A DNA stretch of 27,406 nt, from NCBI RefSeq assembly GCF_006345805.1, contig NW_021833344.1, forward strand, positions 1 to 27,406, given 5' to 3'. The position numbers were made by a program, and so were the translations under genes. The notes beneath the pieces were generated by a model. That model was not told the DNA's origin. It worked only from the letters and a program-made list of their open reading frames with translations, and searched no databases. The first letter of the stretch is position 1; every line of letters begins with the position of its first letter. Source of the DNA: Octopus sinensis (lineage: Eukaryota). Shown here piece after piece: positions 20,620-27,406 of this stretch.

Positions 20620-20775
20620 AATGGTTGTGTGGTAAGGGGCTTGCTTCCCAACCACATGGTTCCGGGTTCCGTCCCACTGTGTGGCACCTTGGGGAAGTGT
20701 CTTCTACTCTTATGGGCTGACTGAAGCCTTGTGGGTGGATTTGGTTGACGGAAACTGAAAAAAGCCCATTGTATC
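20620..20775 (+). mobile_element. SINE family A 5' half
   Basis: TGTGTGGTAAG...CAACCACATGGTTCCGGGTTC...GGAAACTGAAA. Confidence 0.85.
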
Positions 20776-20794
20776 GTATATGTAGATAAAGTAT

Positions 20795-23700
20795 TGGGTA
20801 GATAAAGTAATTGAGGTAATCAGAGTATGCGACAGAATACTTAAGATTAGATTAGCGCTTCATCATAGTTTAGCAACCATTATATCAGCCTATGCTCCTC
20901 AGTCGGGGCTACCTGAGGACAGAAAGACCGATTCTATGACACTCTAACTGCAGACTACCTCGTTGACGAACGACAGAGACCTTCTCTTTGTGGCTGGTGA
21001 CTTCAATGGTCACGTTGGACGACATGCTGGGGGCTTCCACGGCATACATGGAGGCTATGGCTCTGGTTCCCGCAACGAGGAGGGAACCAGGCTGCTGGAG
21101 TTCTGTGATGCAAATAATCTTATGATTTGCAACACTAACTTCAGGAAACCTACCAGCCACCTAGTCACCTACCGATCGGGCCAACATACCAGCCAAATTG
21201 ACTACATCCTTGCCAGGCAAAGGGAGAGATGGCTACTTATAAATGCCAAAACCTTCCCAGGCGAAGAATGCACCCCACAACATAGACTGGTAGTTAGTGA
21301 CTTTAGGATCAGGAGTAGGAGGACAACCAAAGACGACCAACATGGAGAAGAAGGATCTGGAAGCTTAAGATCCTGTGAATGGACGGAGATTTAGAGACAT
21401 GTTACTTGAAGCCTTTGACGAAGTAGAAGGGGATAGTGTATCACATGGGGTAGAGGACAACTGGACGTTTCTAAGGGACAACCTGCTGAGAGCCACTGAC
21501 CAGATCTGTGGCTGGTGCAAAGTCCCCTCTCGTCCCAAGGTAACGTGGTGGTGGAACAGTGTCGTAGACAGGGCTATTAGAGAAAAGAGACAGACTTGGA
21601 AGCACTGGAAGAATGGTGGTAGCAGGGAATTGTATCAGACTGCTAAAAGGAAGCTAGGAGACAAGTCTATCTAGCCAGAGGGGAAGCAGATAAGAAAAAA
21701 TTTGCCAATGTTCTGCGCCGTGAGGACCAAAGACTGGAGGTGTTTCGCGTTGCAAGACAGTGTGTGAGAGAGAATTGTGATGTGGTGGGAGAGAGTGTGT
21801 TCGCATGGAAGATGGTTCACTTGCGCTAAACGAGGATGCAAAGAGAGAGGCTTGGAGATGCCACTATGAAAGGTTGCTGAATAAAGAAAATGAATGGGAT
21901 AAAGAGAGTCTGCCAAACGTTGACCCAACAGAGGGACCAGCTATCAGGGTTGATAGTTCCTTAGTAGCTAAGGCAATTAGAAGCATGAAGACAGGGAAAG
22001 CCCCAGGCCCATCAGGTATCACTGCAGAGATGCTCAAAATATCTGGTAGTGTCGGCTATAGCCTAGTCACCTGTATAGTTAATCAGTGATACATGAAGGA
22101 GTCACTCAATGACTGGTGTAGCAGCATAATAGTCAACTGCTACAAGGTAAAGGTGATGCCCTAGATACAAATAATTACACAGGTATCAAGCTGTTGGATC
22201 AGGTGATGAAGGTTACAGAGAGGGTCATAAGCCAACTAATTAGAGAGAGAGTTAGTTTAGATGAGATGCAGTTTGGTTTCGTGCCAGGGAAAAGTACCAC
22301 TGATGCTATATTCCTGGTAAGGCAGCTGCAGGAGAAATACCTAGCCAAAGATAAGGCCCTGTACCTGGCTTTTGTTGACATGGAAAAGCCTTCGACAGGG
22401 TCCCCCGATCCCTCATATGGTAGTCAATGAGGAAACTAGGAATAGAAGAATGGTTAGTGAGAGCTGTGCAAGCCATGTACAGGGACGCTGCTAGTAAGGT
22501 GAGGGTGGAAATGAGTAAGTGAAGAATTCCGGGTAGAGGTAGGGGTCCACCAAGGCTCAGTCCTCAGCCCCCTCCTATTTATCATAGTCCTCCAGGCAAT
22601 AACGGAGGAATTCAAGACAGGATGCCCCTGGGAGCTCCTCTATGCTGATGACCTTGCTCTAATTGCTGAGTCATTATCAGAACTGGAGAAGAAGTTTCAG
22701 GTGTGGAAGCATGGTTTAGAATCGAAGGGCCTTAGAGTCAACCTAGCTAAAACCAAAGTCGTAATAAGTAGGAAAGTAGACAAATCACAAACGCTTCAGG
22801 TAGATGGCCCTGCTCGATCTGTAGAAAAGGTGTAGGTAGAAACTCTATAAGATGCACCAAGTGTAAGCTATGGACACATAAGAGGTGCAGCAATTCATAG
22901 GAAGGCTAACTAGGAAGATGGTTTTTGTATGTGGCAGATGCTCGGGAGCATTAACCTCTGAAAATCTGCAGAAAACAACTTCCGTCACTTTCCAGGGGAA
23001 AAACTAGAAGTAGTTGATAGCTTCCGTTATCTTGGTGACCAAGTCAGTAGTGGGGGTGGGTGTGCTGAAAGTGTAACGGCTAGAGTAAGAATAGCCTGGG
23101 CAAAGTTTAGGGAGCTCTTAGCTCTGTTGGTGACTAAAGGCCTCTCGCAGAGTAAAAGGCAGACTGTATGATGCATGTGTAAGAACAGCCATGCTACATG
23201 GCAGTGAAACATGGGCCGTGACTGCTGAGGACATGCGTAAGCTCGCGAGAAATGAAGCTAGTATGCTCCGTTGGATGTGTAATGTCAGTGTTCATAGTTG
23301 ACAGAGTGTAAGTACCTTGAGAGAAAAGTTGGACCTAAGAGGAATCAGATGTTGTGTGCAAGAGAGACGATTGTGCTGGTATGGTCATGTGGTGAGAATG
23401 GATGAAGATAGTGTGTGAAAAAGTGCCACACCCTGGCAGTTGAGGGGACCTGTGGAAGATTAGACCCAGGAAAACCTGGGTCGAGGTGGTGAAGCACGAC
23501 CTTCGAACTCTAGGTCTCACCAAGGAAATGACCAGAGACCGAGACCTATGGAAGTATGCTGTGCGTGAGAAGACCAGTGAGAACAATCAAAATCAAATCA
23601 TATATCAGAAAGCAGGGGTTAAGTGACCCATCTGTTCGTGTCCGCTGTCAGCCTCGTCTGGCACCCGTGCCGGTGATACGTAAAAGCACCATTCGCTCAT

Positions 23701-24466
23701 GGCCGTTTGCCAGCTCTGCCTGGCCCGTGTCGGTGGCACGTAAAAGCACCATCCGTTCGTGTTCTTCGTCCAGCCTGGCCTGGCCCCGTGCCGGTGACAC
23801 GTAAAAGCACCGTCCGTTCGTGGCCGTTGCCAGCTCTGTCTGGCCCCGTGTCGGTGGCACAAAAGCACCATCCGTTCGTGGCCATTTGCCAGCTCTGTCT
23901 GGCCCCGTGTCGGTGGCACGTAAAAGCACCATCCGTCCGTGTCCGTTGCCAGCCTCGGCTGGCCCCCGTGCCGGTGACACGTAAAAGCACCGTCGCTCGT
24001 GGCCGTTTGCCAGCTCTGTCTGGCAAACGTGTCGGTGGCATGTAAAAGCACCATCTGTTCGCGTCCGTTGCCAGCCTCGGCTGGCCCCCGTGCCGGTGAC
24101 ACGTAAAAGCACCGTCCGTTCGTGGCCGGTTGCCAGCTCTGTCTGGCCCCGTGTCGGTGGCACGTAAAAGCACCATCGTTCGTGTCCGTGCCAGCATCGC
24201 CTGGCCCCGTGCCGGTGACACGTAAACAGCACCATCCGTTCGTGGCCGTTCGCCAGCTCTGTCTGGCACCTGTGCAGGTGGCACGTAAAAAACACCCACT
24301 ACACTCGCAGAGTGGTTGGCGTTAGGAAGGGCATCCAGCCGTAGAAACACTGCCAGATCTGACTGGGCCTGACGAAGCCTTCCAGCTTCACAGACCCCAG
24401 TTGACCCGTCCAACCCATGCTAGCATGGAAAACGGACGCTAAACGATGATGATGATGATGATGATG
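20795..24466 (+). mobile_element. 5'-truncated RTE-clade LINE: APE endonuclease, reverse transcriptase, PHD finger, repeat-containing 3'UTR and (GAT)n tail; frameshifted
   Basis: ISAYAPQ, AGDFNGHVG, SQIDYIL (APE); KAPGPSGI, QFGFVPGKSTTDAIF, GVHQGSVLSPLLF, LLYADDL at ~22641 (RT); FRYLG; DRDLWK end at ~23575. Confidence 0.96.
23628..24295 (+). repeat. 11 x ~60-bp tandem repeat with A/B subtypes in the LINE 3'UTR
   Basis: Unit CCGTTCGTG(G/T)CCGTTGCCAG-N6-CTGGCCCCGTG(C/T)CGGTG(A/G)CACGTAAAAGCACC. Confidence 0.95.
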
Positions 24467-25036
24467 ATATATATATATATATATATTCTATATATAATAT
24501 ATATATAATAGAGAGAGAGAGAGAGAGAGTAGATAGATAGATAGATAGATATATAGATAGATAGATAGATAGATGAGTAGATAGATATAGATAGATAATA
24601 CACACATATATACATATATATATATATATATATATGATTACCAAAATTTCACCATCTTACAATATTATTTAACCCCTCTAATGGGGTTTATAATACGGAA
24701 CAAAGCCCCTTTGAAAGTGCAAATACATCCACTTTTCATGGAAGATAGATAAAATTTAAATATGTGTTCTTGGAATAAGTGTACTGCAAAACTTCAACAA
24801 TGCATGTCTATTATAGACTTTGTAACATAATTTTATACATTAGAAAAGGAATATTTTAATAAGCAAAACATACTTAGCTTACCATATCACCATCAGTCCG
24901 AACACCTGTTTCATCAGTTGAGTATATACCAATACAACAATCAACAGTGAGTAGCTCTGAGTCTAAAGGTGGGGAGTAGAAACACACAAAGACACACTCA
25001 TGCATATATATAAATATATGCGTATATACACACACA

Positions 25037-25190
25037 TCATCATCATCATCATCATCGTCGTTTAACGTCCGTTCTCCATGCTAGCATGGGTTGGACGGTT
25101 CGACCAGGGATCTGGGAAGCCAGAAGGCTGCACCAGGCTCCAGTCTTATCTGGCAATGTTTCTACAGCTGGATGCCCTTCCTAACGCCAA
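25037..25190 (-). mobile_element. RTE 3' tail fragment
   Basis: Near-identical to the reverse complement of 19256-19400. Confidence 0.9.
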
Positions 25191-25289
25191 ATATACATAT
25201 ACATATATATGTATATGTATATATATATATGTATCTGTGTGTGTGTATGTATGTAAGTGTGTGTATATATGTATATCTGTGTGTTTTGG

Positions 25290-25398
25290 TCTGCCTGAGG
25301 CTATAGTAGAAGACACTTGTGTGCCATGCAGTGGGACTGAACCTGGAACCATGTGTTTGGTAAGCAACCTACTGACCACACAGCCACTCCTGCACCTG
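25290..25398 (-). mobile_element. SINE family A 5' part
   Basis: GAGGCTATAGTAGAAGACACTTG...GGGACTGAACC...CACACAGCCACTCCTG. Confidence 0.85.
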
Positions 25399-25419
25399 TC
25401 TACTACTATGTTTTTATGC

Positions 25420-25803
25420 TTTTACTTGTTTCAGTCTTTTGACTGTAGCCATGCTGGAGCACCGCCTTCAGTTTGAGCGAATCGACCCCAGGACTTAGCC
25501 TAGTACTTATTCTATCAGACACTTTTACCGAACCGCTCAGTTATAGGGATGTAAACACACCAGCATCAGTTGTCAAGCAATGTTGCAGGGACAAACACAG
25601 ACACACAAACATATATACACGCATATATATTTACATATTTACGATGGGCTTTCAGTTTCTGTCTATCAAATCCACTCACAAGGCTTTGGTCAGCCCGAGG
25701 CTATAGTAGAAGACACTTGCCCAAGGTGCCACACTGTGGGACTGAACCCGGAACAATGTGGTTGATAAGCAAGCTACTTACCACACAGCCACCCCTGCGC
25801 CTA
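25420..25803 (-). mobile_element. SINE family A, full length
   Basis: Colinear with 18079-18478. Confidence 0.9.
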
Positions 25804-25815
25804 TAATAATAATAA

Positions 25816-26325
25816 CTGATTGGAAGTGTTATCATGTACATTGTTTTGTCTTGGTTTAAAAGATGGGCTACAGCAAATATTCTGCTCAATACCACAGATT
25901 TGCTTGTCAGTTGTTTGACCTTAACCAGTTGAGCATGTCCCTTAGTGGCTGACGATATGTGTATCTCTGATCACGAGCAGAAGTAGTTGGGGAGCATCAT
26001 AGCCATGTGTTGAGAGGGATTCTTTGGGGTTTGGATAATTCACCTCTGGAAACATGGGTGTTTCATTCAACATCCTTAAACAACCCTTATTCAGGGACTT
26101 TTTGAGTGGGATGGGTTACTTGACCAGAAGAAAATTCTAACTGGGCCCCACCTGCAAGGTCATGTGCTGTTTATCTTGATATGAGATCACCAAGTCGCGC
26201 ACATATGGTTGTGATGCATGTGCCTGGTGTACCCTTATCAGACGGGTAGTCATGATGGGTATACTTGGCTTCATATATTTGTACCCCAGTGTCACTTTGA
26301 TGGCATGCACTGCTCTCTCACTCAA
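25816..26325. mobile_element. Putative non-coding retroelement segment embedded in (TAA)n (Dong/R4-like context)
   Basis: Complex sequence of higher GC, flanked on both sides by (TAA)4 runs; no recognisable ORF. Confidence 0.4.
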
Positions 26326-26344
26326 TAATAATAATAATGGTTTC

Positions 26345-26529
26345 AAATTTTTTCACAAGGGCAGCAATATTGGGGGTAGGGACTTGTCAATTATATCAAC
26401 CCCAGTACGCAACTGGTATGGAAAGCAAAGTCAATCTTGGCAGAATTTGAACTCAGAACATAATAATGAACTAAATGCCGCCAAGTATTTTGGCTGGTGT
26501 GCTAATGATTCTGCCAGCTCACTGCCTTC
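26345..26529 (-). mobile_element. Old SINE family C copy with an intact 5' end
   Basis: Minus strand AAGGCAGTGAGCTGGCAGAATCATTAGCAC...GTTCTGAGTTCAAATTC; homologous to the 7122-8128 units. Confidence 0.78.
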
Positions 26530-26536
26530 ACTGACT

Positions 26537-26827
26537 TGATGATGATAATGATGATGATGGTGATGGTGATGGTGATGATGATGATGATGATGATGATGAT
26601 GTTGGTGCTGGCTCTGGTGGTGGTGGTGGTGGTGGTGGTGGTGGTGATGATGATGATGATGATGATGATGGTGGTGATGATGGTGTCGGTGATAATGATG
26701 ATGATGAGGATGATGATGGTGGTGGTGGTGGTGGTGATGATGGTGATGATGATGATGATGATGGTGATGGTGGTGGTGATGATGATGATGGTGATGATGA
26801 TGGTGATGATGGTGGTGGTGGTGGTGA

Positions 26828-26858
<31 letters not shown>

Positions 26859-26878
26859 AGTGATGATGGTGGTGGTGG

Positions 26879-26909
<31 letters not shown>

Positions 26910-26932
26910 GGTGGTGGTGGTGGTGGTGATGG

Positions 26933-26966
<34 letters not shown>

Positions 26967-27076
26967 GGTGGTGATTGTGATGATGATGATGGTGGTGGTG
27001 GTGATGGTGTTGATGGTGATGGTGGAGGTGATGGTGAAGATGATAATGATGACGATGATGACGACGATGATGATAA
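26537..27076. repeat. Compound (GAT)n/(GGT)n trinucleotide microsatellite, ~540 bp
   Basis: Direct reading. Confidence 0.95.
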
Positions 27077-27406
27077 TACGTTTCTTTTCCTCCTTCACTT
27101 TAACCAGCTGAAATCTTCCGTTAAGCAGATGAAGGATTAAGATCAAGGCAGCCATACTTGCTTTCTTCTCCCGTCTTTATCCATTCTCCGTCTTCGCCCA
27201 CATCTTCTTAAATCCACCGCTGCTAATCCATCTTCACACACCTTTGTACACACACACACACACACACAACCATACACACACACCGTTCCAAAATCCCATC
27301 GCTTAATCTGGGAAACTCTGCAGGAATTTTCCTCTCTTCATTGTATTTCTCTGAAGAAATGTTGAAACAATTGAAGGCATTTTTTGTTGTCTTCTGCTTC
27401 TTTGAT

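Noticed and set aside
23640-23700. HDV-like or twister ribozyme in the 60-bp unit (CCAGCCTCG.CTGG resembles HDV P3/L3)
   Set aside because: P1, P2, P1.1 and the catalytic J4/2 could not be assigned; a simple hairpin explains it.
23605-24413. Long minus-strand ORFs (165-238 aa)
   Set aside because: By-product of a stop-poor 60-bp tandem repeat in a LINE UTR; open in several frames.
26502-27155. 217-aa ORF with a signal-like start and Thr/Ile runs
   Set aside because: Mostly (CAT/CAC)n microsatellite ending in a SINE head; no independent coding evidence.

Overview
Eukaryotic, AT-rich and almost entirely repeat-derived DNA. The SINE families, RTE tails and microsatellites point to an octopus (coleoid cephalopod) intergenic or intronic region; this assignment is an inference. 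No intact host gene was recognised. Contents: three or four tRNA-derived SINE families, a 5'-truncated 3.7-kb RTE LINE (APE, RT, embedded PHD finger, tandem-repeat 3'UTR) and several of its 3' ends, two CR1 3' ends, and a TSD-flanked bipartite RTE retroposon. Also mariner, DD37D and Tigger transposase relics, GG-terminated MITEs, two non-autonomous Helitrons and Penelope-like remnants. Most notable: (i) two minimal type-I hammerhead ribozyme folds with non-canonical cores, one with a compensatory G3:C8 swap; (ii) an 18-copy 86-bp satellite built from a SINE 3' tail plus flank; (iii) an 11-unit hairpin/pseudoknot array in the LINE 3'UTR; (iv) nested insertions that can be reconstructed base by base, including a composite 1.94-kb Helitron whose empty A|T site is revealed by a neighbouring paralogue. 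Family names come from motif recall, not database searches, and boundaries of degenerate copies are approximate.
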